NCBI GenBank assembly: GCA_013239625.1
Contig: MU053754.1
Coordinates: 927,379-991,378, forward strand
Reading direction: 5' to 3'
Origin: Lama guanicoe
Taxonomy: Eukaryota
DNA length: 64,000 nucleotides
Shown: one piece after another, positions 39,329 to 51,026 of the stretch
How the letters are laid out: every line of letters begins with the position of its first letter
How positions within the stretch are numbered: position 1 is the stretch's first letter
Position numbers and translations under genes: made by a program
Notes under the pieces: generated by a model
Database searches by the model: none
What the model saw: only the letters and a program-made list of their open reading frames with translations
What the model was told of the DNA's origin: nothing

Positions 39329-40745
39329 TTTTGGAATTTCGCAGCACCTCTGCATAGCTATTTACAACCCTCACAGTATCTGTGGAGAGGGAAAGTCTTT
39401 GCACTGAGGGTCAGAGGCAGAGAAAGGACAGGCACCGTCCATGTTCATGGCACAAGAGGGCCCCAATCCTTTCTCTTTTTAAAATTCTGTCAGTCACAGC
39501 TCCATCTCTGCGCGTGACAGTTCCCTTCAGTGGCTGGTATATGGAAATGTCCTCCAATTAGAGCAAAGACATGTTCTCAAGACACATCTGTGTGAAAACA
39601 TGTCCCCAAGAGAAACAATGCTAAAAATACTCGTTGGGTCTGAGTCTCTGCTGTGGCATCCCACCTGCCCAGCAGCCCCCTGGACCCTACAGTGTAGCCC
39701 GAGTGGAAAGCATGTGGCAGAAGTTGAGTTTTCTTGTAGCCCTCCAGCCTAACCTCTGGCGGGGGACCCACCGTTGCCCCGCTCTTTGCAGGAGAGGGCG
39801 GAAGAGTGAAGGGTGGAGGACCCGCAGGTGGGCCACAGGCCATGCAGTTGTGGGGAGCAGCCGGGGACATGGGAGCGTCCGGGGCGGGGGGTGCTCGGGC
39901 TGACGCCTCTGTGACGACGGGGCTCAGGCAGCAGGGTGGCCTCGGTAGCTGTGCTCAGGAGCGCCGTGCTCAGGAGGGTAAGGGTCAAAGCCAGGGCAGG
40001 ACCAGGAGGGCTCCGCCTATGTCGTCACCTCTGCTTACTCTTAATTTGAAAATCAGAGGGATCATTTACCCCGCAGACAAAGCCAGGGCTCTCCCGCCAT
40101 TCCTAGTCAGGGTCCCGCCCACAGGACGGGACCAAGCCCACGGCAGAAACTAAGGGCATTTCTAATGAATAGATGTATACATAAATAAATAGGCGAATTT
40201 ACGCAGAGATAAGCCAGGTTTTCTAGGTAACACTTTATCCCTCATGTTCACGGGCCAGCATGCTTCTGATTCACCCAAGGAGATGCCCTGGGTGCACCAT
40301 GTATCAGCCCGGGGGACACAGTAACCTCTCCCACCTCCTCTTGGACACAGGAGCCTCCAATGGCCTGAAAACACAGGAATGGGGGCAAAAGCTTACTAGC
40401 CCGACGCATACCTTCCATTTTACGGATCTGTTCTGGGTGGGATGGTGATTTAAAATCAGACTGTTGGTAGCAGATGCCACCAAAACCATCAGTAGTGGTT
40501 TTAAATGCGATGAAAGAATTCTGAAGCACTGACTGTCGGACCATAAACAATTCTGTCAGGAGGAAGTTCTACCTGGTACTGAGCGGCCCTCAGCTCCCAT
40601 TCAGACAGACGGGGAGCGAGCTTGTGCAGGCTCCCTGGGATCAGAGGGAGCTGTTAATTTTCCTTTTCAGATGGAAAAAAAATGGGTGTGTATGTCTTTT
40701 TCAGGCAGAAAAGGAATCTAGTCCCCTGGGCAGGTTTAAAGATCC

Positions 40746-40751
40746 TTTATT
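40746..40751 (-). promoter_or_regulatory. Likely distal polyadenylation signal of ANOS1
   Basis: tttatt on + is AATAAA on -; TGTACATA about 10 nt upstream; T-rich downstream tract near 40675-40712. Confidence 0.6.
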
Positions 40752-41587
40752 AGGGAATCAGTATGTACAAACTCTAACATGAAGACAGTGAGTCACGGAG
40801 TATCTACTTACAATCGATAAGTGTCTATTTACAATACTTTTTTGTTTTTTACAAACTTTTTTTTACAAGATTACTTCTCTCTAAACATGACAGACACACA
40901 CACAGAAATCAACCTTTTTTATTACATACATAAATAAATATTGACTTTAAGCGACCACTCTAAAGGACGTGTCTATAAACCGTCTGGATGAGAAGGGAGC
41001 CGTTCTGTCATCTGCACACTACAATGTAATTAAGTAAACAAGAAGTAATGACAGCTCTGCGTACAGACCTGTGGTCATTACTCTGTGAGCTGTGTGACTT
41101 GGTAAAACATTCAGAACACGGTGAGTCCATGCAAAACCACAGAGCAGAGTCGCCTTCTTCACGCGTTTATTTGTATTTTAAGTGAATTTTAAAGTACATG
41201 CAACAGGTACTTAGCCTCTGTGTTCTGGTGACAATGTGAACGTTCGCATAACAAGATTGAGAGAGATTTGCAGTCCCAGGAATGAGGACAGGACACTTGT
41301 CTCCACGGCACACGCCACTGCCGCCGCTATAGGAAGGGGCACTAAGTGAACGCGCCGTTACCACAGGTGATGGGGATGGAGCCGTAGGACAGAACGCCCG
41401 TGCGTCCTTGTGAGGCAGACGCAAGCCCAAACTCAGCCTTCTCGTCAGCTTTTTCAGTGGAGATAAAAGGTACATGTAGGGCTTTGAAGTCGCGTGTGAT
41501 AACCTCCCAGCCGTCGCTTCTCCTGCAGTTTACTTGGTTCCCCACCCAGGGCAGATTCTCATCCTTCAGTAACGATTACCCTGGACG

Positions 41588-41770
41588 CAGCGACTCTCCA
41601 CCGGGGGCACCCTCATCCCCCGGATGGTGGGCGACGTCTGGGACCTGGTGCTGGTTACACCTGTTGGGGGGGGGCACTCCTGGCATCACCATCCTACAGT
41701 GCCCAGGACGTCCCACCACGGAGGACCACGCAGCCCCAGATCTCAGCAGTGCTGAGGGCAGAAAGCCAGC
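41588..41770 (+). mobile_element. MER20-like hAT-Charlie MITE inside the ANOS1 3' UTR
   Basis: ctcctggcatc...catcctacagtgcccaggac...gccccagatctcagcagtgctgagg follows the recalled MER20 consensus order. Confidence 0.7.
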
Positions 41771-44199
41771 TCTGTGGTGGGTTATAGGTTCTTTCAGGTT
41801 TCTGGGGCAGAGAGGTATTTTTAAACTTTGAATTTTGTTTAACAAGCATTTCAAAACATTACCTGTCATCAACCTTACTGTCTTTAATATGTCATACTAA
41901 ACCAGCGGCTGTTGTGAAGGGACACGCATTTGTTTATGGCCCCAGAGAGTCCACTTAGACCACAGGGCAGTGCAGATCAGCCCACCGCTGAGGACGGACG
42001 CTCTCAATAAACAGAACACGAAGCTGTGATGTAAACTGAGTGAGCCCCTGTGTTGGGTGACTGCATACTTCTCATAAGCTCAGTTTTTTAGAGAGTAACT
42101 ACTATCACTTTGTATTTTTTTATGAGAGAAATGCATCTAATTTCAGCAAAACATATCACAGAATCAGCCACTAAAACTATGTTTTAAATAAAAAACAAAC
42201 ACTTTCAGCTTTTTATTAGGGCAGTCACATTTGAAAAATTCAGAAAGTTGTCATTCTGTCTTTGCTCATGTGCATATTATAGAAGATGACTGAAATTTAC
42301 CAAAGAACCATTTTTATTGCCTAATTTATAGCATTTTTTCTTCCAATAAGACTAATGAAATTTAAATTACTGAACATTATAGAAAAATTAAATGCTCATA
42401 AGAGCTGCTTTAGAGTTTTCAAGGAAGGTGTAAGCTTTAGAACCTTTATCTGAACTAAAAATATATTCACTCAATGTCTATTTAAAAGAAACATCGTTAA
42501 ATGTTATAAAAGTAAACTTACTTAATAATTTAATAGTATTTTGTATCTCTGCATATATGCCTGCATTTTAAACTATACAACAGTACAAAGATTTGCTGGC
42601 ACAAATACCTGGATTTGTTTAGGGCAAATTAAGGTAGAGGAGACACTCGTGGCCAATAATTTGAAGTCTTCACTTTTGAAATTTTAAGAATTTGGAATTC
42701 AGGTGCTGGGAGTGGCAGTGGAATAAATGGTAGTTTCAGAGAAGATGTTTGCTCAGGCTCAGGGGTGTTTCAAATGAAGGCCGCATTTCCTGTTCTCTCC
42801 ACTCAAAATACGTAACTGGCGGGACCAGGGGGTTTCCCTAACCACGGTAGGAAGGCTGTGTTCCTGAATGGTAGGCATCCTGAATGTAGCAGTAGAAATA
42901 GGTGCTCTGCGTCTTCTGTGGCCTTTGCTTTTAGACAGAGCGTGAAGCCTCACACAGCAAACTTCTGTCTTCTCTTCCACCTGCCGGGAGCGGTCAGGGC
43001 ACCTGCCGGCCCTCAGGAACCTCGACAAAATGCCCGCCACCAAGTCCCGGCGCAAAAACCCAAGGAAACCGATCCTAAAAATGCCCTTGTTTGACTTGAC
43101 CTGTGTAGAGCATGACACGAGGGAGCCTTCCCATTAAACTGTTGGATTCTGAAAAGTTGCTCTTTCCTCATAGAACCAGTATCAGTGGGGAAAATAGATT
43201 GTCCTCATGATCTTTAGAAGAACCGTATCTTTATCCAGCTTGGTGAGCTGTGAAAACAGTTCAAGTGATTTCTACTTCAGGCATGTGTGTGTGTGTGAGT
43301 TTGTGTGTATTTTTACAGGTACATATATGCATGTACACACACATGCATATACAGACTCACATACACATACGCCTATTTCAAAACGTGTATGTGGGTATTT
43401 TGAGGGAAAAACTGTATTAAACTAAACATTTTGGGGTTTAAGGCTGCTCCAGTATATCTTGCAATGCTATATGTTGACAACATGTTTTGACGACTAGAGT
43501 GTATGCTATAAAGGGACAGTTCAGAGCCTGAGAACATTTTTTCAAATAAGAGATAATAGATTTGAAAGAGTAAAGAGTAAAGAAAGGTTAATCAAAGGTA
43601 AACAGCTGTCATTCTGTACCCATCAAAGCCCCTCTGCCTTTCTTTACTGCACGGAGATTTTTATTTCTGCCACACCAATAGCTTGCTTTGATTAAGAAAA
43701 AGCAAGTCGCAGTAAAGATTAGGAAATATGCGATAGTTGGGATTCTTTCCTTTCAAGCAAGAGGTTTTGTCAAGTTTTCGATCCATGAAAGTGACAAAGT
43801 ACACCAGCAGCTGATTTCCACACTAAGGGAAAAATAAACAATGTATCAGGGAAATCTCCCGTACTGTAGGATGAAACATTTAAAAGTATCCCCAGAAAAG
43901 CATTTTAATTTCTCCAAGGCAGAGCCTGGGTAGCAGCATAGAGCACTGACTGACGCCCTCCTGTCGTGGATGTGTTTGTTCTGCTCATCCTCGTTTTCAG
44001 AACTCTTACTTGCCTTCGTACAAAATGGACTTTGGTGCTTGAAGTGGGTGCTCGTTAAGTTGTAATTAACTGGTATATGGCAGGTCACAAATTTTCAGTT
44101 ACAAAAGAAATCACACGTGATAAAAAGCATCTCAAGAAATATCTGAGTAAGTCGGCCCTAAAACTGTCTAAGCTTAGTGGGGTTTTCCAATCAAATCAA

Positions 44200-44800
44200 T
44201 AACTGAACTTCAGAACGTTGGCTGGTACCTTTCTGCCTCGGACGTGCGGAAACTGCGCTGCGCCGGAGTGTTTTGCGAAGTCGCGGCTCCCAGGTCAGGG
44301 ACGTGTCAGGCCTGCAGGGCTGCGCTTGGGTTGGCCAGGCCACACTGGGAGGCAGGATGAGGCCTGGTCTCCCCACCCCCGGGGGCTCGCTGGGTGTCCG
44401 TCGCTGGCTTCCAGGTGCGTCCAGGGCCGGCGGAAGGCGGGGGCACGGCGGGTGGACGGGAGCGTGAGGTCCCTGCAAGCACCTCCCGCTCCCGCCGGGA
44501 GGCGGGCTAGTCCTGGACGTCCCGCTAGCGCGCAGGTCCGCGCGGTTCAGGCTCCCCGGGGAGCAGCTCAGAATCTTCCTGGAGAAGGCCTGTAATGCTG
44601 GGGATGACGGTGTTTAAGGTGGGGCCCTAGGAAGTGACGGGACAGCGGTGTCACCATGCTGAGCAAACGAAACAGCAGGCGGCATCAGACGCCGCCTGCC
44701 TCCACGTCCGTGCGGTCCTTCCCGTGCTGACTCTGAACTTGCGCACGTTCCTTCCCTCCGCCTCTCCTCTTCCCCTCCCCGTCTCGTCTGTTCCCTCCCC
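44200..44800. promoter_or_regulatory. CpG-island-like segment over the last ANOS1 exon and proximal 3' UTR
   Basis: Visibly GC-rich with dense CpG (e.g. cccgctagcgcgcaggtccgcgcgg); observed/expected ratio not computed. Confidence 0.6.
44568..44626 (-). CDS. ANOS1: Anosmin-1 last exon, coding part (His-rich basic C-terminus) with stop codon
   Basis: Acceptor ttcctag; (R)PHLKHRHPQHYRPSPGRF-TGA, similar to recalled human RSHLKHRHPHHYKPSPERY. Confidence 0.95.
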
Positions 44801-45676
44801 CAAACCATAAAACCACAAGAGAAAGGCGGCAGGCTCCTTTAAGTTCCCAGTTACGTAAGCAAGCCAAAATCCTCTGCAGTTCCTCAAAGAAAGTTTAAAA
44901 ATTAGCATATGCTTTTATTACCCAGAATTTCAGTGGGGGAACATCGGGACAGCATTCAGCCAGTCCTTACAAACAAGGGGCCACGAATCTCTCCCTTCGT
45001 GGTTTTATGTGTCCTTAAGTTGTAAGTGTAAAAAGCCACGGCGGCAAATGTGAGCCATCAACAGACGTAAACCTAGGGTGACGTCTCAATTTTATTAACA
45101 CACAGCCCTTTGTCATGGCTTTTTGTTAGGTTTTAAGCTGGGAAAAAAATTATGTACTTTGTTAATTTAAAAACCAAGAAGAGGCTCACTGTTTTGAAAA
45201 GAATAGGTGACAGTTGTTTGTAATCTAGTTGATTTAGCAGTAAGTCAAGTAGAGTGATTTGGGTCAGAGTCTTAATGTAGTAAGAACATAAGCTCCTTAG
45301 CAAAAATATGATTTCCTATATTGTTCTATTTGAAAATCCTAATTTAAAAGAAAAATTCAGATTACTATGAGAGTGTAGGTTTTTCTGCCCCCATCTGTAT
45401 TTATGATTAAAAGACAAGGAAGAGCATGCATGATGTGGGAAAAAAACGGAAGTGTGGAAAGGAAGTAGAGGGGGGAGAGGGCAGGGCACCAGGAACAGCT
45501 CAGGCTCCAGGGAGGTGGACTAACCTCCAGGAAGCAGGCCCACTTGGGAGAGAGGAGCTCAGACACAGTCCTCACTTCGTAGGAACCTGCACTGAAGTAC
45601 CTATTCTGGCTTTTCACCAGGACCGGCCAGGTGCAGGGGGCGGGGTGGGGCCAGGGCACGGCAGGGCAGTACTCAC

Positions 45677-45821
45677 GGTGCGCAGCCGCCGGAGGCGGGA
45701 GGTCCGGGGTGCGGAAGGTCTTGATGGTGGTGGGGCCCTCCCCGCCCGCGGTCAGCACCTGCACCTCCAGGCGGTAGAGGGTGGCCGGCCTCAGGTTGGG
45801 GACTGTCAGGACGTAATGATC
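45677..45821 (-). CDS. ANOS1: Anosmin-1 coding exon equivalent to human exon 13
   Basis: 145 bp between ccccag and gtgagt; [48 protein letters not shown]. Confidence 0.97.
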
Positions 45822-46830
45822 CTGGGGGCGGGGCAGAAGGGGAGACCTCATCAGAGACCTTTGGAAAACCACACACACAAGGGCCTCTTGTTCCGTGACC
45901 CTCTCCCTCTGTCCCGTCAGCGCAGGACGGGTTGCTTTTTCCGCCGCTGCATAATTGGGGGAATGTGTGTCCCGTGGGCCAGGATCCTGCCTGGCTGTGT
46001 CAGCGCCCGGCAGCAAAGGCCCTGGGCAGAGTTAAAACGTGCCAAGTGGCCGGTTCTCAGGGCTCACCCTGCAGACTGCATTTTTTATTCCTCAGCGTAA
46101 GACTTTCCCAGGGTTTCAAGTTTTCCTCTGCACATCTTGTGATGTGAATTGTTGATCATCCAAATCTCAGTGAACAAGCCAACTGCGTTCCTTGAAATAC
46201 AGTATCTGTCAATGCTCCTAGCTGAAAATGTTTCTTTTTAGGCCAACACATTTTTCTCAAAATTGAATAAAACCTAATACCCATACATAGAATAACAACT
46301 TTCTACTTCCATGGAACTTTTTCCTTTTTGGAGCAGGAGTTGCACATTCTTAGGGCATTTTTAGAGAGGGTAAAGGCCCACACGTGTTCGTTTTCTTCCC
46401 CCCCAAGCCAAGGAATTAAGTGGCCTGGAAGACAGGCCAGCTCATTATGGGCTTTGGCCCAGTTTGCAGGGGAAAGGGAGAGAAAGAACAAGCTGCTTTG
46501 AGCGTTTTCCCCCACTTAACGCTTCGAACAGGACACGTCCACGTGGACCTGCGGGACACGGGGTTACCAAAGACGGAAGAGAACGGTTAAGTCCCTTGCA
46601 GACCACACAGACAGGATGAGTCTGTTGACGAGCTGGCTGTGATCATGAGAACTGGCTGAGACGATGGTTTGTAACACTTGCTAATACTTCCAAAACCACA
46701 GTCGGAAGACAGGGTACACCTGACAGTCAGTCACGTGGCCCTCGCTCCCGGGACGGAAGCGGCCGCCTCTGACCCGAGGAACCCCGAGGACGGTCCCAGG
46801 GGCGGGACCCCTGAGGGCCAGGGCACCCAC

Positions 46831-47051
46831 CGAGGGCAGGATCTGGGACTGCGAGATGATGCTGTTGGGCAGGCTGTTCTGTCTGCTCTCAGTCGTGACC
46901 TCGGCCCACGTCACCTGGAAGCCGGTCCTGGGCTGCAGGAGGTGGGCCTTGGCCATTGTCCAGGAGAAGTGCCCCGTGATGTTCACGTCGTGGACCACGA
47001 AGGAGGCAGACAGGTTCTCGGGCTTGGCGGGACCCCTGGAATGTACGTGAC
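46831..47051 (-). CDS. ANOS1: Anosmin-1 coding exon equivalent to human exon 12 (FnIII-4)
   Basis: 221 bp between gtgtag and gtgggt; [74 protein letters not shown]. Confidence 0.97.
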
Positions 47052-47689
47052 CTACACCAGCAGGAAGAGGGAGACCAGGGTTAGGACCGGACAGTGGTGG
47101 GACACGGCCGTGTCACCGGCCTCCTGGGGATTTCTGGCAGCCACTCTCGGGGGGGGGGGTGGAGGCCATGCGTCCTCCGTCGTGAGCCCAGGGTGGGGCA
47201 GGAGCCTCGACCGGCGCCTTTGTGCTAAGTCCTTCCAGGCCGGAGTTCTGCTTTGGAGATGGAAGGAATTTTGCGATCTGGCAGGACTGGGCCCTTTCTT
47301 ACAGCACAGGGGTGACTGCAGTGAGAAGGGTCAATATGAAAGCTGCCACAGGTTTCTAGGATTCAGGGGACTGCATTTGAGAGAGTTGTCCCAGTGTAGG
47401 AAAGGGGTTTTGGAAGATCCAGACAGGGTAGGGCGTGGGGTGCTGTTGGAACGTCTGAAGATAACTCCCCTGGTAAGGGGTGGGATAAAAATGACATAAT
47501 TTACATGAAATGTGCACAAGCAGTAGACACATTTGGCTTCATTTCTAGATAGTAGTGCCAGGGAAGGACCTTTCCAGTGCTGCTGGAATCATGCCTTCAC
47601 ACGACACTACCTGCCACCTTGCAGTTTAGAAAGGGGGGGGTGCCTTTGTTCTGTAAGTAAGTACGTAAAAAACAAACCTTTGCTTACCA

Positions 47690-47943
47690 GAGGGGAAGGG
47701 GGCGAGGGATAAATTAGGAGTTTGGGGTTCACAGATGCTACCTACTATATATTAAAATAGATAAACAACAAGGTCCTACTGTACAGCACAGGGAACTATA
47801 CTCAGTATCTAATATAATAGGTAAAAACCTATAATAAGAAAGAATATGAAAAGAAATACATGTGTAATTCAGTCACTATGCTGTACACCTGGAACTAACC
47901 CAACACTGTAAACCAACTATACTTCAATTTAAAATGTTTAAAA
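47690..47943 (+). mobile_element. L1 3' UTR fragment, antisense to ANOS1
   Basis: gggataaattaggagtttgggg...ataaacaacaaggtcctactgtacagcacagggaactata...A tail. Confidence 0.9.
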
Positions 47944-48050
47944 ACGGGGGGTGGTACTTTTAGTTTTAAGGGTCCTGTGAAAGGAGGTTTGGGAACAATC
48001 TCAGTGGCCAGCATCACAGACGCCCTCCTGGGGGCTGGGGGGAAACTGAC

Positions 48051-48222
48051 CTGCTTCTCCGGGGCAGCTCACGTGCTTGTGGTTTTTCGCCTTGAGAGCG
48101 GAGCACGGCGGAGTCATAAAGAAAGCGGTTTCTGCCTTCAAGCGGCCCTTCGGCCGCGCTGGTTGGACGGTCACCTTGTATTTGCAGGAAAATGACAGAT
48201 CTTGGAGAATCATGTAATTTTC
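48051..48222 (-). CDS. ANOS1: Anosmin-1 coding exon equivalent to human exon 11
   Basis: 172 bp between ctccag and gtcagt; [57 protein letters not shown]. Confidence 0.97.
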
Positions 48223-48557
48223 CTGGAGCAAGAGAGAGGGAGAATACGCTAGCACGAACTCTCATGGGAGGAAATCGTATTCCAACAAGGTGGTTTTCCT
48301 GCTACGGACTGTGCAGTGTGGCTTCTGTAGAAAGTGCAGGGGAGGCAGTGGCCCTGCCTGGATGAGTTACAGCTGTGACACGCTCCCACGGGGTGGGACA
48401 CAGCCTCCCCAGAAGAACAGGGCCGCGGTGATGCCACATCCGAGCAGCCAACCAACAGCCGTCACACCAGTGTTCGGGACTTGGCAGCAGTGGGGGCAGT
48501 GGTGTAAAACTGGAAATACAAACCTAGCTTTTTCTAATATAAAAAAGCTAACGTGGT

Positions 48558-48642
48558 GGGGAGGGTTTAGCTCAGTGATAGAGTGTGTGCTTAGTATGCA
48601 CAGGGTCCTGGGTTCAATCCTCGGTGCTCCATTAGAAAAAAA
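48558..48642 (+). mobile_element. tRNA-derived SINE (camelid vic-1-like)
   Basis: ggggagggtttagctcagtgatagagtgtgtgcttagtatgcacagggtcctgggttcaatcc, A tail, flanking gctaac repeat. Confidence 0.88.
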
Positions 48643-50490
48643 CAAGAACGCTAACTCAGACTCCTCTGAGACACAGGCTCAGGTCTACGATTTTCCTTAA
48701 GAAAATGAAGTTAAGAAAATGAAGATACTCTTTAGCAGTGTGTGTTTCCTCCCCTTCTTGGAGTGCTGTGATTGCTTCCGGCCGGAACAGTGATTAAACA
48801 GAATTACGAAAGCCAGACTCAACCTCGGAGGAGTAAGAGGCTCAGGATGTAACACTACACTAACAGGGAAAGGTGACGTTTAGACTCGGAACAAGCTCGT
48901 AACAAGGTTTCTCCCTCGGGGCCTGCTGGGTTCCGCGTCTCCACTGCGGCGTAAGTTACCAGGGCTCCGCGGACACGTGCGAGAGCTGCAGGCGGAACAT
49001 GTTTGGGACCCTTGGGGAGAAGGGTCCCTGCCAGACAGCACCGTGGGTGAGGGGAGAGCGTGAGAGCAGAGTGAAAACAGAAGGGGAGCCACGTCCTTCC
49101 CTGAGCGCTCGAGGCGGGGGCGGGGGGGCACACACGGCCTGGCAGCATTCGTGCCAAGTGACCCGGAGGCAGCCCCAGCCTCTTTCCTTCAGCACTTCGT
49201 ATGGGACTACACTGGGAGCCAGAGGGAGCCTCTCAGGACCCGCCTCGCAGGTATTTCAGGGGCCCTCGCGCCGTGGACGCGCCATCGCGGCCTGAACGTG
49301 AATTAAGTGGGTCTAAGCGCCGTTTAAAAATGGAAACAGGCAAGTTCCGAGCCCTGAGCTGGGTGCTCTTTGCGGATTCTGATTCTTATTTCTACCTGAC
49401 ACGTTACGTACACTCAGTAAATGGTTATTGTCATCTTCGAGCTCCTGAAGATATAAGCCCGGGGTTGGCCAGCCCGGTGACAATAAGCTGGATTCCTCAC
49501 GGTTCCCCGGCCGCACCGTCTGCCTGCAGAATGGTTACTGAGCCCTGCCGCCGCTGCTTATTCCTTCCTCGGCTTTCCAAGTGGGTTTCCCTTCTGGAAA
49601 AGGTTTCTTTCCTTCGTTTTTTCTAACCAAAGGGCACAAACTCTTGGAAGAGCTTAAGGATTTCAGGAGTTAAGTCTGGTGACCACCTGTGGGGACAGGT
49701 CAAACCCAGCACTAGGCTGTGATTCTGCAAACCCGGGGATCTGTTTTAGCTGCCTGCTTAGATGATCAGATACGATTCTAAAAACACTGTACTGGGTGCT
49801 TTAGTACAGAAGGTAAACTGCCTTGTTAAATATCACACATCAATATTTCGTACCCTGGGGACCATGTCTTTAGACGGTTTCTACTGTGTGATCTATTACA
49901 CAGGCATTGCTGTCACGGACAGCGGGTACGCCCTCTGAAACATTTTCTGTTGGTTTGTTGATTCTGCGCCATGACTTCTGCATTACCCCAAAATACTTGG
50001 AATAATGTCTTGAGTCATCCTGACAGTTACTGGCCCGAAGGATTTTAATGGACCTTAAAGTCGGTGTGTGGTGTACAGGACAGGCCATAAATTTCCCTAC
50101 CTGGATGAGTGGGCGGGAGTCAGGGACGTAGCAAAGCAAGATGCTCAGTGACTGTCATACAGAAATTCACTGAGGAAATGAGACGTTAGGCCCAGTACCA
50201 GGTCAGAATTCAGAAAGTAATTCAGAGCTCTTGTGCAATTAAGCTGGAACACACAGAGACTGGAAGCACGAGCCCTGAGCCCTGGCAGTCCCCCTGCAGC
50301 ACTGTGAAGGGGCAGAGGGGTGAGTGGCCGTGTGACCTCTGTCTCCTGGTGTCACCTAGTCACCTGTCCCACAGCCACATGGTGAGAACGGCGGACCCAC
50401 TGGACATGGAGTTCGCACCTCTTTTCGTCCAGTTTTACACCCAGATCCAGTGAGTCTCAGTGACACTCAAGCATCACGGCCACCCCTCAC

Positions 50491-50585
50491 CTGGGTCGTG
50501 CCCGAGGACGCCTCCAGCCCGGCGGATGCGTTGTGGGCGCAGACTTCTGGAAACCACTGCACGTGATACCGACTGACACCGGGAT
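50491..50585 (-). CDS. ANOS1: Anosmin-1 coding exon equivalent to human exon 10
   Basis: 95 bp between atacag and gtgagg; [32 protein letters not shown]; phase fits both neighbours. Confidence 0.96.
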
Positions 50586-50780
50586 CTGTATCGTCAAGAC
50601 AAAGCAAAAAGAACAGTCTGCAAGACTTTCCACGGAGCCCCACGTTCTGAGAACACAAGAGAACACAAGGAAGAACCACCCTGTGCGTGATCTAAAAATG
50701 CACACGTGGACCTGAGGACACGGGCCTCACAAAATCTGATCACTGGTTCATTATTAAAAATGAAGTCGGGTATGGTTGCT

Positions 50781-51026
50781 GGCAGGGAAGGGAATGAGAA
50801 GGGGTAAATTGGGCGTTTGGGATTTGCAGATACAAACTACTATATATAAAACAGATAAACAAGGTCCTACTGTAGAGCACAGAGAACTACATTCAGTATC
50901 TCGTAGTAACTAACCTACAATGAAAAAGAATCTGAAAAGGAATATATGTATGTCTGTGGGTGACTGAAACTTGCTGTATACCAGAAATTGACAGAACATT
51001 GTAAGCTGACTACCTCAAAAAAAATT
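50781..51026 (+). mobile_element. L1 3' UTR fragment with target-site duplication
   Basis: gatttgcagatacaaactactatatataaaacagataaac...; flanks aaaaatgaagtcggg and aagaatgaagtcagg. Confidence 0.9.

Larger units (their letters stand above)
40725..44567 (-). other. ANOS1: ANOS1 3' UTR, about 3.8 kb; end position inferred
   Basis: Follows the stop codon; free of young L1s; ends at an AATAAA with upstream TGTA motifs and a downstream T-rich tract; length comparable to the recalled ~4 kb human UTR. Confidence 0.65.

Noticed and set aside
1..40000. A second protein-coding gene, such as a VCX-like neighbour
   Set aside because: No ORF outside repeats resembles a known protein and I could not build a consistent exon chain.
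45357..46016. 219 aa single-exon anosmin-like ORF
   Set aside because: Only 45677-45821 matches anosmin-1 and it is bounded by canonical splice sites; the rest is intronic read-through.
46678..47499. 273 aa plus-strand ORF, and the 224 aa ORF at 45426-46100
   Set aside because: Antisense shadows of GC-rich ANOS1 exons 12 and 13; no recognisable domain.
48558..48642. tRNA-Ala gene (also 25538 and 27212)
   Set aside because: A and B boxes are present but so are A-rich tails, TSD-like flanks and broken stems, which indicates SINEs.
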